A DNA stretch of 63,701 nucleotides, filler included, from Cercozoa sp. M6MM (taxonomy: Eukaryota > Protista > Endomyxa: Ascetosporea): assembly GCA_040357565.1 (NCBI GenBank). It is 10 parts of 10 records of this genome, joined end to end, with 100 filler letters (N's around TTAATTAATTAA, not from the genome) between each part and the next. Parts side by side here need not be neighbours in the genome. Positions count along the whole stretch, not along the records: positions 17,693 to 26,181 come from JBDODJ010000533.1; positions 26,282 to 29,483 come from JBDODJ010001562.1; positions 29,584 to 34,299 come from JBDODJ010001069.1; 7 more parts are not named here. One strand, written 5' to 3'. The notes beneath the pieces are model-generated. The model saw only the letters and a program-made list of their open reading frames with translations, did no database searches and was not told where the DNA came from. Each line of letters begins with the position of its first letter. Within the stretch, counting starts at the first letter, position 1. The position numbers and the translations under genes are program-made. Of this stretch, positions 23,321 to 34,399 are shown piece by piece.

Positions 23321-26077
23321 ATGCGGTTCCTGACTTTCGTTGTGGCTTTGACTGTCTTGTTTCTGGGAGCCGTTGCAGATCAGAAGGTCCCACTGTCGAT
23401 CGCGAGGTAAATACAAAAAATATAGACCCGTATTTCCCTAGCTACTGATTGGACTGTTTTTTCTTTAGTTCAACGTGCGTGAATCTCGGCAAATGCATCA
23501 ACGACCGCGGGGAGTTTGATTCTTCCATCTGCTGCTCGGGCGTGTGCGACAAAGACGACGGTAATCAACTTACGACTGGCAGTTCTTTGTCGTAAAAAAT
23601 TAGTGAGTTGGATTTTGTGTTTTATTTTTAAGGTTGCCTGTCGACTACTGAAGCTGCCTCTGTGCTTCTTCGTGTGAATGTACACATGCGCTGTTTTGTT
23701 GTGAACTGGAGCGTTTGGAGGCAGATTTTTTGTGCAGAGTGTCGGAGCTCCCTTCATTTGCAAAACGGAAACCTTTTTTGGAGTGCGTGCGTGTCAGCCG
23801 GTGATTTTCGATGCGGGGACCTTGCCGCCGGAGTGTCTTTGTGGTCCTGACAAGCCGTGTTTGGTACTGCAAACGCACTACACAGTTCGAATCTCCAGGA
23901 CGTGCTTTGCATTTAACTGTACGTTTGTGTAGATCGGAAACGGTGCCACCGAACTTTGTTCCAGCCGATACTGGATCGGAAGCTGCAACCCTGAAGGCAA
24001 AATCTTGCCTTCACAGATAATAAAAATTCAATTAATGCTGTGCAATGAGCAGATAGCGAATGCGTCCCTCAGTTGCAAGTGAGGTACTGAAAATTACATC
24101 TCTTTATCCGTAACTTCTTTGTTCCTCAGTGTCTCTGCTGCTAAAATGTTGTTCAATCGCGACCCGCTGGAATTGGACGGCGGACTGTAAGTTCTCAAAC
24201 CTCTTCAACGTGTTTTCACTCTCTAATCAAAATTAACGAAACAGAAGTTCGCCCTGTCTGAGCTCGAATGACAACTGCGCTTCTTTTGGTGCTGGCTTTA
24301 GGTGTTCAGGCATTCATTTTGAAGAAAGGCCTGCTAAACTGTACCGTTTGCTTGTTTAAACAGTTGTAAGACGTCATGTGCGACGCACGTTGCCACAGCA
24401 ATTCTCGACGATGGCAATCAGCGCTGTAAGTTGGTGAACAAGGATAACTAAAAATTTGTGTATGATGATGGATCTATGGTATAGTGGGCGTGGAGACATT
24501 GGATGGAAACACCGCAACGACTCCTCCGATTGACCCATTCATGCGTGATGTCAACCCGGAAGGATTTACCACAATCGACGGCATTTGCACTGCCTCCGGT
24601 ACAGTAGTTTAACTGTGTCGTTTAATGTGACAACTGAACTGTAACTTTGTCTCTCATGCACAGGTCTTGCTCTTGGCGAATCCTGCGTTTGTGACGCCGA
24701 CTGTACTTCTGGCTACTGTTTCATCTCACGTGGCGGCTCTCTGGTGCGCTTTCTTTGGTCAGAGCAACTGCAGTTAATGTAGTGTATCTATGAAACGTGT
24801 ATTTGACTTCAGGCAACACTTCCAGTGTCGGCGCAGTCCCTGGTGGACGACATTTCCTTTACTGGCACGTGCGTGATTCCTTCCGCCGGTTTCTTGCGTG
24901 CTAACTCAGTGAGTGTGGCTACATTGCCCTGCGACAAACACTGCGACTGCTTGCCCGGACACAAGTGTCTCCCGCATCCAAGTGGCTCTCCCAATGCTTG
25001 CAAAGCCCCTAATGGCATCGGGCCATGCACGGACGGAGACGACTGCATCAGCGGTTTCTGCAGCGTGGACGGTGCAGGCAATAGCAAGTGCGCTGCTGTT
25101 GCCTTTGGGGACCGCTGTCAGTTCGACGAGCAGTGCGAATTCGGTGCCACCTGTGCAGTCGAACCAGGCAAGATTTTCGGTATTTGTTTTGCTCCGTTGA
25201 CTTTCAACACGTGCGGTGCACGGGAAGCAGTGGTCCAGTGTCTTGCGGGCCAAACTACCCATCCACCGAAGCTGCGCCGTTCTTCAACATGCACCCTACC
25301 ATTGGTGGGGTGCAGCAGTTCACGCTGCCGGCTTCGGGCTGCTTTGAGATTACTGCCGTCGGTGCTGCGGTGCGAATTCATAAGACACTATCTTAGTTCA
25401 ACTATTATATTCGTACGTTGTGCAGGGAGGCCGAGAGACAGGTGGTGGCGCTGAAAGCCCAGGCATTGGTGCGTCGCTGACTGCTCGATTTCTGTTGTCG
25501 GCCGGAAGTGTGCTCGACATTGTTGTGGGACAGAGAGGAATGAATGAGTTGGACTGTGGTTCTGCTGGTGGCGCTAGCATGGTCTCGCTAGGCTCTTCCA
25601 CTGCACAGGTCTTTGTTGTTGCTGGAGGAGGAGCGGGGGAAGGCGATTTCAACACTGGCAGTCTTCTTGGGAGCGGCTGTGACGCTCCTGTGTACTTTGT
25701 TTTAGGGCATACATTACTCTACAAGTCTGTCGACGATGTTTGAATTATTTTGAAAACAGCGGCGTCGTGCCTCTCGTAGGAACGCTTGACAAGAATGCAG
25801 GTTGTGTATCCGGAGCTTTCGCAGGAGACAACGGCCTGAATGGATTAAATTCGTTGGGAGGTCAGTATTGCGACTTTCTGTGCCCAGGATGCAACAGCGC
25901 CTAGCAATGTGACTGTAGGTGCTGGAGGCAAGGGCTACACTGCACTCTTGCTGAATCCAGAAGGGAGAATGCTGGTGGGTCAAAGTGTGCAAGGAGGATT
26001 CGGCGGCGGTGGATGGTGCCACGGAGCTAATGGCAGCGGTGGCGGTGGCGGTGGCGGCTGGTCAGGGGGAAAGGGCG
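23321..26077 (+). CDS. Secreted Cys-rich protein with ALK/LTK-type glycine-rich domain (paralog B); contains a 1-nt frameshift at ~25219; 3' truncated
   Basis: Signal peptide MRFLTFVVALTVLFLGAVA; CVNLGKC..CCSGVCD; Cys repeats; TFNTCGA / TGSSGP..FTLPASGCFEITAVGAA..IVVGQRG..AGGASMV..GGFGGGG..GGGGGWSGG. Confidence 0.8.
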
Positions 26078-26133
26078 GTAATACAGTTTCTATTTTTCCA
26101 GAGTATTGTTTTGTTTGTGTGCTGCACTTATGC

Positions 26134-26181
<48 letters not shown>

Positions 26182-26298
26182 NNNNNNNNNNNNNNNNNNN
26201 NNNNNNNNNNNNNNNNNNNNNNNNNTTAATTAATTAANNNNNNNNNNNNNNNNNNNNNNNNNNNNNNNNNNNNNNNNNNNNCCCCCCCCCCCCCTCAG

Positions 26299-27556
26299 AG
26301 TTCGAGCAAACGTCGTCGTGAGGGAGTGCGAAAAAAGTCGGCACCGCGACTGCACTGGATGAACCGTCGCTGGACGCAGTTCTGTCACGCGCACCGAGTC
26401 ACTTCGGCCGAGCAGAAGGAATTGCTCCGACTGTGCTCGGCGTCGACACCTCTGAGTGCCCTGTCGTCGTGGTTCAAACGACTCACACCCGGCAAGCAGC
26501 ACGCCTACTTTGGCTTCCTGTGTCAGATGCGACGTTCCTTTGCTGCTTGTTTCGGCGAGGGCTACGAGCGCTGCGTCTGCAACTGGCTGCTTATGTACAC
26601 TTGCCTATTTATACAGTATGTCGATTTATATTTGATGTATGTAACTGGCTTTTAGCTCCTGCGTGTGCTGCGGCCAACTGGTGAAGCTCGGCAAGCCGGG
26701 CAATCTGGTGAACTACCTGAACCACATGGGCACGCACTTGAGCGACTCTGCCGTTGCTGAAGTGCGCGAGTGGCTTGGCACGCATGTTGCCGACGATGCG
26801 CCCGACTACTTTCACGACACGAGTCAAGTCCTGCGGCCGCACATGTTGACGCACACGAAGCTCGCCAAGCAGACGGCTCCACGCTTCTTTGTCTCACCCG
26901 ATGCTGAGTGCTTGTTCAACGCCGTGTGCCATCTGCAACACAAGTCAAAACTTGAACAGACAGAAAGTGAAAACACAGTCGAAACCAGGCAAACGAAAAC
27001 GAGCGACGAAGTTGAAGATGCAGAGACAAACGAACCGCCCAAGAAGAAACAGAAACGTCGAATCAGCGGAAGCATGTCCTCAGTCGCGAGCACTATGACT
27101 GCCATGCCTGGCAAGGAAGCGCCCGACTCGGTTCCTTCGGCTCTCGTTTGTATCTGTAGTGACATGATTGGGTGTGCTTTCATGTAGGACGTGAATGCTA
27201 CGAGAAACCAGGACGACGTGAGCGAGCTGCCGCACATTGGCAATGTCGACACGTTGGTGCAGTCAGAAACACGCGGCACACCCGAGTACCTACGAGCCAT
27301 GGCGCTATTCTACGCCCAGAAGGCACTGATGCCGACGTCGTTCGCACCCTTGCCGGATGTAAGACCTGCCTTTGGTTTTGAGTGGAAGGAGGTTGGGTAC
27401 TGAGCGTTCTAAATTTATGCGCACCATGTGCAGGCACTGCAACGATACAAACTGGTCCAAACCGCCAAGGAGGCTTCCGAGAAGAGCGCTCAACTCCGCG
27501 CGTTCTGGAAAGACATTGGGCAGGACATTGCTCTCATCAAGTGGACTGACTCGTAG
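26299..27556 (+). CDS. Hypothetical nuclear protein with C2H2/BED-like zinc finger, 5' truncated
   Basis: Spliced CVCCGQLVKLGKPGNLVNYLNHMGTH (C-x2-C..H-x3-H) and NLS-like PPKKKQKRR; stop at 27554-27556. Confidence 0.55.
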
Positions 27557-27805
27557 CTGCAACAACCGAAAATTCTCCTGTCGTCTACCTTTACTAGTTA
27601 AATGCTATCAATTGGAAGAGGATGGGCCTTCCGAAATTGCTTGTATTTTTCTAAGATAAAATTCAACCCCGGACATGGCAACCCAGTACTGTACAGTATA
27701 ATGAATGTCGATAATGGTTGATGGTTTTTCAACGCGATCAAAAATGATCGTAAGTGACAAACAGGTTGTACCTGGGTGTGTTTACAGTACAATATTGCAC
27801 GTACG

Positions 27806-29414
27806 ATGACGACATACATCCGTTTGCCCGGTGGGAGAGTTCCAGCCGTGGGTTGTAAGTTCTTGTTTGTAAATTTATGTTTTTTGATGAACGCTTTTTT
27901 GTGCTGCAGTGATCGTTGTTCTGGCAATCGTGTTTTTCGTGGCCCTCTTCACATTCATTGGTAACTCAGTCTGCTCAAGTCCGTGTTCTCTCGCATGCGT
28001 TGCGTGCTTGATAGGTGACGACAACAGTGTGGATGGTTCTATCGGCGATGCTTCACGAGAACTTCCTCCGTCCTCAAGCAAGCAGGACCAACTGATCTTG
28101 CCGTCGCGTGGTATGTCTTGCTTAAACACAAGCAACACAATCTCAGTTGTTTTCTGTTAGGTAACTGGGAACTGCCGCCACCTTTGCAATCGCAGGCCAA
28201 GGTATTTGCTCGTGGAACGCAAATAAAATTAGCCTACCCTTGCTCATAGACGCATCCGTTCGAGTACGCATGTGATCTGTCGGCTCTCATGACCGAAAAG
28301 CGACTGATGTATCTTCAGTTTTTTTGTTCGACATGTGTTTTGACACCAATGCTTATATTGTCTTGTCTTAAGGAGTTCGGCCGCGCGTGATCTTGTAGGC
28401 ACTTATGTCATCAAAATGCCGACACAATTGTACCGACAAACTTCCGATCGTGCTCACTTGGGCTTTCTGTTTTTAATAAGTTGTTTTCTGCTGTGTGCAG
28501 CACGACGTCGCAGCTGTACGATTCGCCGCACTTCCAGTGCCGTATGTTCCTGCCAATAATTGGTCTTTAATTGGTACGAACTGAATTGTGCAGTGGCCGA
28601 ACTGTGGAACCGCGTGATGCTCAAGCTCGAGAAGGTAACGCATTCTTCTCTAAGTCTGCTTTCAAGATAAACTGAATGATGTTTAGTGCAATGTGGGATC
28701 GTGTCCCGTGACGTTCTTCCTGTCGCTGACGCGCAGCAACTTCGTGCTGCACTTGGAAGGCCCGGTAAAATTAGGTTTCGTTGTTGAGACTGGCCTTGTG
28801 CAAGTATTTCAAACTGAGCATTCTTCTCAGCACAAAAAGGCCAAAGAATCGGTTCCGGATTCGCTTTCCAAGTAGGCTCTATTTCTTCACTTTGTGAATC
28901 GACGGATGTGCTGTTGCGACCCAGGTACTACGCCAAGACCGAGTTCGATCGCGTCGCTCACGAGGCAGGCACTGACAAAGTGACTGGTCATCAGTACCAG
29001 TTGCTGTACGGGCGCCACATCTCGGAGGTAAACTGACCTGTCTCACACACAGTTGTCTTGATTTTGCACTGTGGAATGATTATGCTTGCAGTCGCTGACG
29101 CCGATCAAATCCGTGTTTGAGATTGGTGCCGGTTGCACGGTAAATTTACCGCAACACTTGATTTTTCTGTTGTCGATATGAACGGGTTCCTGCAGATGTC
29201 GTACGGACCGGGTGCTTCCTACATTGTGTGGAACGCCATGTCGAGCATTGACTGGGTGCACTTCCTTGAGTACAACAAGCAGGTATGTTTTTTTTTTTGA
29301 ATAAAGGGGTAGTTGCACAACGATGCACTCTTGCTGCAACAGTGCTACGATGCTGCCAAGAACCGTGGCGAAGGTTGGGTCAACCAGTGCACTGTCGGTG
29401 ACCAGTCGAACTTC
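27806..29414 (+). CDS. Type II membrane-anchored class I SAM-dependent O-methyltransferase (MycE-like), 3' truncated
   Basis: N-terminal TM (LIVVLAIVFFVALFTFIG); C-terminal GTDKVTGHQYQLLY..VFEIGAGCT-MSYGPGASYIVW..FLEYN..GDQS. Confidence 0.72.
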
Positions 29415-29438
29415 GTACACTCGTCCTTACTGCCTTAT

Positions 29439-29483
<45 letters not shown>

Positions 29484-29625
29484 NNNNNNNNNNNNNNNNN
29501 NNNNNNNNNNNNNNNNNNNNNNNNNNNTTAATTAATTAANNNNNNNNNNNNNNNNNNNNNNNNNNNNNNNNNNNNNNNNNNNNAGAAGGTGGTGTGTGTG
29601 TGTGTGTGTGTGGGAGGTACTGTAC

Positions 29626-30481
29626 CATTGATGATGCGATCGACCGACAGCTGCGCAATGACGCCGGCGTCCTTGGTGGCCTGACGCTGCGCGTCGTTGA
29701 AGTAGGCCGGCACGGTGACAACAGCGGCACCGACCTTCTTGCCGAGGTAGTCCTCGGCCGTGGTCTTCATCTTGCCGAGCACCATGGCCGACACCTCCTC
29801 GGGCGCAAAGTCGCGCTTCTCGCCCTTGTACTCGACGCGCATGTAGGGCTTGCCGTTCTTGTTGACCAGCTCGAACGGCAGCAGCTTCTTGTCCTGACGC
29901 ACCGTCTTGTCCGTAAAGTCACGGCCAATGAGACGCTTGGCGTCTGAATAACAAGGGTAGGGGAGAGGGGGAGGGGGCAAAGGGAGCACGGGACAGGGGT
30001 ACCGTAGAGCGTGTTCGAGGGGTTGCTCGCAGCCTGGTTCTTAGCGGCATCGCCGATGAGACGCTCGCTCTCGGTGAAGGCGACGTAGGACGGCGTGATG
30101 CGGTTGCCCATGTCGTTCGGGATGATCTCCACGCGGCCGTTCTGCCAGACGCCGACGCACGAGTACGTCGTACCCAGGTCGATACCGACCATAGTGCCCT
30201 TGTCCTCCTACACAATACACATACCTACATACACGCACCCACACCGACATGGCCAAATACCTCCTGGGCAGTTGCCGGCGAGAAGGCGGCCATCGCCATC
30301 ATGGCGCACGTCAGCATGGCTGCTCCAAAGAGGGAAAGATACAAAGGAATCCCAAGAGGCCACCCACATATGGGATCACGAAAATCACAAAATGATCATT
30401 TTCCATTAATCTGACGAAATTCATTTGGGGCACGCCGGAAAAAACATGCGAATGCGCGAACGTACTCTTAGCAAACTTCAT
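29626..30481 (-). CDS. HSPA5: ER Hsp70 chaperone BiP, 5' part, truncated
   Basis: Signal peptide [23 protein letters not shown] followed by [48 protein letters not shown]. Confidence 0.95.
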
Positions 30482-30809
30482 TGTCGGTGTCGGGCCACAA
30501 AATGCTCACTCACTCCTATGGGACACTTGGTTCCGAATATGAAAACTCTTTTTGCAGTACTCGTCGGGTCCGCAGCGAGGAACGTCCCGTGACTACCACT
30601 TGTACAATACAGAAAAACTGTGAACACAGCGGAGAGTTGCCTAGCGCCTGGTGTGGTGACGTTTCGATGACGTCATTTGGAATATCGGCGCTCATTTCGG
30701 AAAAATTAAGAATAGCCAGGTCAGGTTTTGGCGCATCCGAGGCCACTGACGTGCTTTTTTGGGGTGCTTGATCACTTAAACCGCCATTGGCGTAGTATTC
30801 GGCATCTCG
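30482..30809. promoter_or_regulatory. Compact bidirectional promoter between BiP and RBMX2 with TGACGT (bZIP-type) cores
   Basis: ~330 bp between divergent ATGs; TGACGTCA at ~30668, TGACGT at ~30657 and ~30747. Confidence 0.45.
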
Positions 30810-32128
30810 ATGGTATTGATGTTTGTTGTGGCGCGATGATGGCATGTTCATTGATTAAGTTATTACCTTCTGGCAGAACACGATTCGCGAAGTCGAGCGA
30901 CTCAACGAGCAGGTGCTTTTTGTTGTCATGTTCTACTTGTTTTTCGAAGCGTCCCATGCGTGCAGGAGCTGAAGGACAACCTATCGTTCTCGGCGTCGTG
31001 GCACTACGACTTTAGGAATTCGCCCTATGGTGCCCTTATCCTTTTTGAAGAGTACGTTTTCATTTGTATTCATAAGTGTGCGTGGTTTTTGAGCAGTCTA
31101 TGTGGGCGGTCTGGACTACCGTCTGAACGAGGCCGATGTGATCTGCATGCTGTCGCAGTTTGGCGAGGTTGTCGACTGCAATCTCGCTCGTGACAAGGAC
31201 ACTGGTCGCTCCAAGGTACGTGTCTTGACTTTACCCCCCCCCCCCATCTTTACCTCTCCCTGTACCCCGCCAGGGCTTTGCTTTCGTGGCCTTTGAGGAC
31301 CCGCGCAGCTGCGTCCTTGCCGTGGACAACCTGTGCGGTGTGGAGGTGTGCGAACGGCCGCTGAGAGTGCAGCATGTCAAGAAGTACCGACGCGCTATTC
31401 CGCTGAACGAACTCGAGCAGCGCAAGGAGCAGCGCGCTGTAGTTTTGCCCCTCCTTTTATCCCTGCCCCTTACCCCTTATTTTACCCCATTTTTCTCCCA
31501 TTTCCCTCCCATTTCCCTCCCACTTCCCTCCCATTTACCCCCCCCCCCCCTGTTTATCCTCGCTGCGCACAGAAGGCAGGCGAGGACTCGGCGGACGAAG
31601 GCGACGAGGACGAGGAGTACGAGGCGAGGCGACGCCAAGTGTGGGACGAGCGACACATGATCTCGCTGCAGCAGATCGATGAACTCGTCGACGCGCGGCA
31701 AGAGCGCAAACTGCGCGAGGGACGCTCTGACGACAGCAAGAGTAGTTTAGCCCTCCCCTACCCTTTACCCCCCTTGTACCCCTTTTACCTTACTCCCTTT
31801 AACCCCTCCCTCGATGCAGACGATAATCTGCCCGACCTGATGGAGAAGCGTCGACAGGAACTGTTCGAAGAGGCAAGACAACAGGATCGAATGGAGGTGT
31901 TCTTCCCTTCGCCCCCCTCCCCATTTTACCCCGTCCCACCTTTACCACCTTCCCTTTACCCCCTCCATCCCCTGAGCAGCGCGACCACGTCAGACAGCAG
32001 GAGCGCGACTTCCGCGGCGGCACAGGGCCACTCAAGCAGCGTCCGCGTGGACGCAGTCGTGACCGAGGCTATGACAGGTTTGTTGTGTGACCAGCCCTAG
32101 CCTTAATGGCCTCTACCATACATGTGTG

Positions 32129-32182
<54 letters not shown>

Positions 32183-32192
32183 NNNNNNNNNN

Positions 32193-32254
<62 letters not shown>

Positions 32255-32469
32255 ACGCCGCGAGCGACGGGAGCGTTCGCCGCCAAAACCAAAGTTTGTG
32301 CGAAAGGTACACCCACCAGCTTTCATTCTTCTTTCCTTAGCTTTGCACGCACTACACTTAACGTTGACTTGTACAGGTCGACACGAGCGAGTTCGGCGAG
32401 GGCGCCAAAGTGGACCCCAGCAAACTCAAGAAGCAGAAGAAACTCGCCAAGAAGCTCTTCAAGCGATAG
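30810..32469 (+). CDS. RBMX2: RNA-binding motif protein X-linked 2 / Snu17 (RES complex)
   Basis: M-NTIREVERLNEQ-ELK..SWHYDFRNSPYVYVGGLDYRLNEADVICMLSQFGEVVDCNLARDKDTGRSK-GFAFVAFEDPRSCVLAVDNL..LRVQHV. Confidence 0.92.
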
Positions 32470-32783
32470 TTTTCATTTGCTAGTGCCTGCCAGTGCCCTT
32501 GTTACGGCATGATCTCCTGTACCCGCGCAAAAGCCATTTAAGACTTACAAACAACCTCAAGAGAAAAGCAGAAAGAAAGGCCTCTGGAAACAGAGGACGG
32601 GCAGAAGCCAACTCCTGGAGAGATCAGATTACCTGGTCGAGAGAGCCCTTCTTTGAGTTCAGCTGAAAAAAAGCTTGCTTAAGGCTTCCCTACTCAAACA
32701 CAGGTTGGGGTAACTCACTCGTTCTTACATTCCTTAGTTTGTTTTTGTATCGCTGGCAAACTACCTCAATTTACCAAGGCATG

Positions 32784-32848
32784 ATCCCTATCTGAGAGGG
32801 CTGCGGCGCGGTAACACTAATCCCTATCTGAGAGGGCTGCGGTAACAC
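32784..32848. repeat. Tandem direct repeat ATCCCTATCTGAGAGGGCTGCGG(..)TAACAC x2
   Basis: 23-nt identical copies at 32784-32806 and 32820-32842, each followed by TAACAC (after a 5-nt insert in the first copy). Confidence 0.9.
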
Positions 32849-32915
32849 CCTGCTATTCATTCACTTGCTTGCTAGTATTTAACCTACAACTACGCTAGTA
32901 CTCGTTGACGTGAGC

Positions 32916-33310
32916 TTAGTAGCCCGGCTCGTAGTCGTCGTCCATCGGCCGCATCAAGGCGGAGGGCGGCGGACGCTGCATCGGCGGCGGTCGGTGGCCT
33001 GGTCCGGCGGGACCCTGTAGGACACGTGGATAAGTGAGTGCATGTGTGCAGGTAGACATCGAGTCTAGGTACCGGCGGCAACGGACGGAAGTCGGCGCCT
33101 CCCGGCGGAGGCATCATGGCGGCACCTGGCGGTCCAGGAGGCACCACGGGCGGCATCATCGGAGGCATCATCGGCGGCGGCATCATCGACGACGACGGCG
33201 GCATCGCGAACTGCGACGGCGGCGGCTGACTGAAGCGACGTCGCGGGTCCTTGTTCGGGTTCAGCTTGAACCTATGTACACGTACCACATGTACATAGAT
33301 ATTGATACAA

Positions 33311-33353
<43 letters not shown>

Positions 33354-33825
33354 ATACATGCATAGGTACACACAGTGTGTACCAGTTGAGCAACCGACGC
33401 AGCGACGAGAACAAACAGCCGCGGAAGTGGAAGCCTATCAGGGAGGGGAGTGGGGTAACGGGGAGGTAGGGGGAGGGTAAAACTACCCCCAGGAGCAGCG
33501 GCCACCGTGCTGGCACCGGGCGGAGTGCCCGGCTTGCCTGGCAGCCAGAACAGGCGGAAGCGACCGTCGCCTACCGCTATACGGGGGGGGGGGGGAGGCG
33601 GTAGGGGGGTAGGGGTAATAGGGGGGTGGGGAAGGGGATACCCTCGGAGTCGTCGGTGGAGGCAGGCGGCTCCATGAAGCACAGGGCGTAGGGCACCGTG
33701 AGCGGGTTGTTCTCCTTCATGTGGTCCAGCATGTCGCGCACCTCCTTCTCGCTGCCGTAGCGGAAGTTCTTGTGCTTCATCACCTGCGTACATACACATA
33801 CATACATAGATACATAGATACATAG

Positions 33826-33860
<35 letters not shown>

Positions 33861-34280
33861 AGTCGAGATAGAACGCATACATTATCTATAGCCATATTTT
33901 TTTAGTAGATACATATATACATATACACATAGATACAAGTAGGAGGTGGGGGACCTCTTGCACGCGCGTGCGCATCTTGTGCACAAAGGTGCCGGCGATG
34001 TCATCGAGATCTTCGTAGGCCGACTTGGCGATGAGGCGCTGCGCCACCTTGAGAGGCACACTCTCGGACACCTCGTGCGACGGCCGGCCTGTCTCCACGA
34101 TGTACTTTTCCAGGCGCTGCGCCTCGGCTGTAGGCACCGTCATTGTTACTCCCCCCTCTTTACCCCCTCCTGAGGTAGGTACCAAAGTTGCGTCGCTCGC
34201 GCTCGACCTGTGCCTGGCGGCGGTCGGGTTCTTTGACGCGGAAGTGCGCCACCAGGAAGGGTTCCGTGCTGACTCGCTGT
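32916..34280 (-). CDS. SUPT6H: Transcription elongation factor SPT6, C-terminal tandem SH2 region, 5' truncated
   Basis: YEDLDDIAGTFVHKM..VMKHKNF..VPYALCF..GRFRLFWL..GFHFRGCLFSSLRRLLNW-FK followed by a Pro-rich tail. Confidence 0.85.
33308..33355. repeat. (TAAA)n microsatellite in SPT6 intron
   Basis: Perfect tandem array. Confidence 0.95.
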
Positions 34281-34399
34281 GCGGGGGGGGGGGGGGGGGN
34301 NNNNNNNNNNNNNNNNNNNNNNNNNNNNNNNNNNNNNNNNNNNTTAATTAATTAANNNNNNNNNNNNNNNNNNNNNNNNNNNNNNNNNNNNNNNNNNNN

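Noticed and set aside
30839-30876. GC-AG first intron in RBMX2 (ATG|GCATGT)
   Set aside because: An upstream ATG|GTATTG at 30810 gives a canonical 64-nt intron to the same acceptor.
32790-32870. TPP riboswitch-like CTGAGA..ACCC
   Set aside because: Lacks the downstream ACCTGAT..TAAT..GCG.AGG core, and the flanking genes are unrelated to thiamine.
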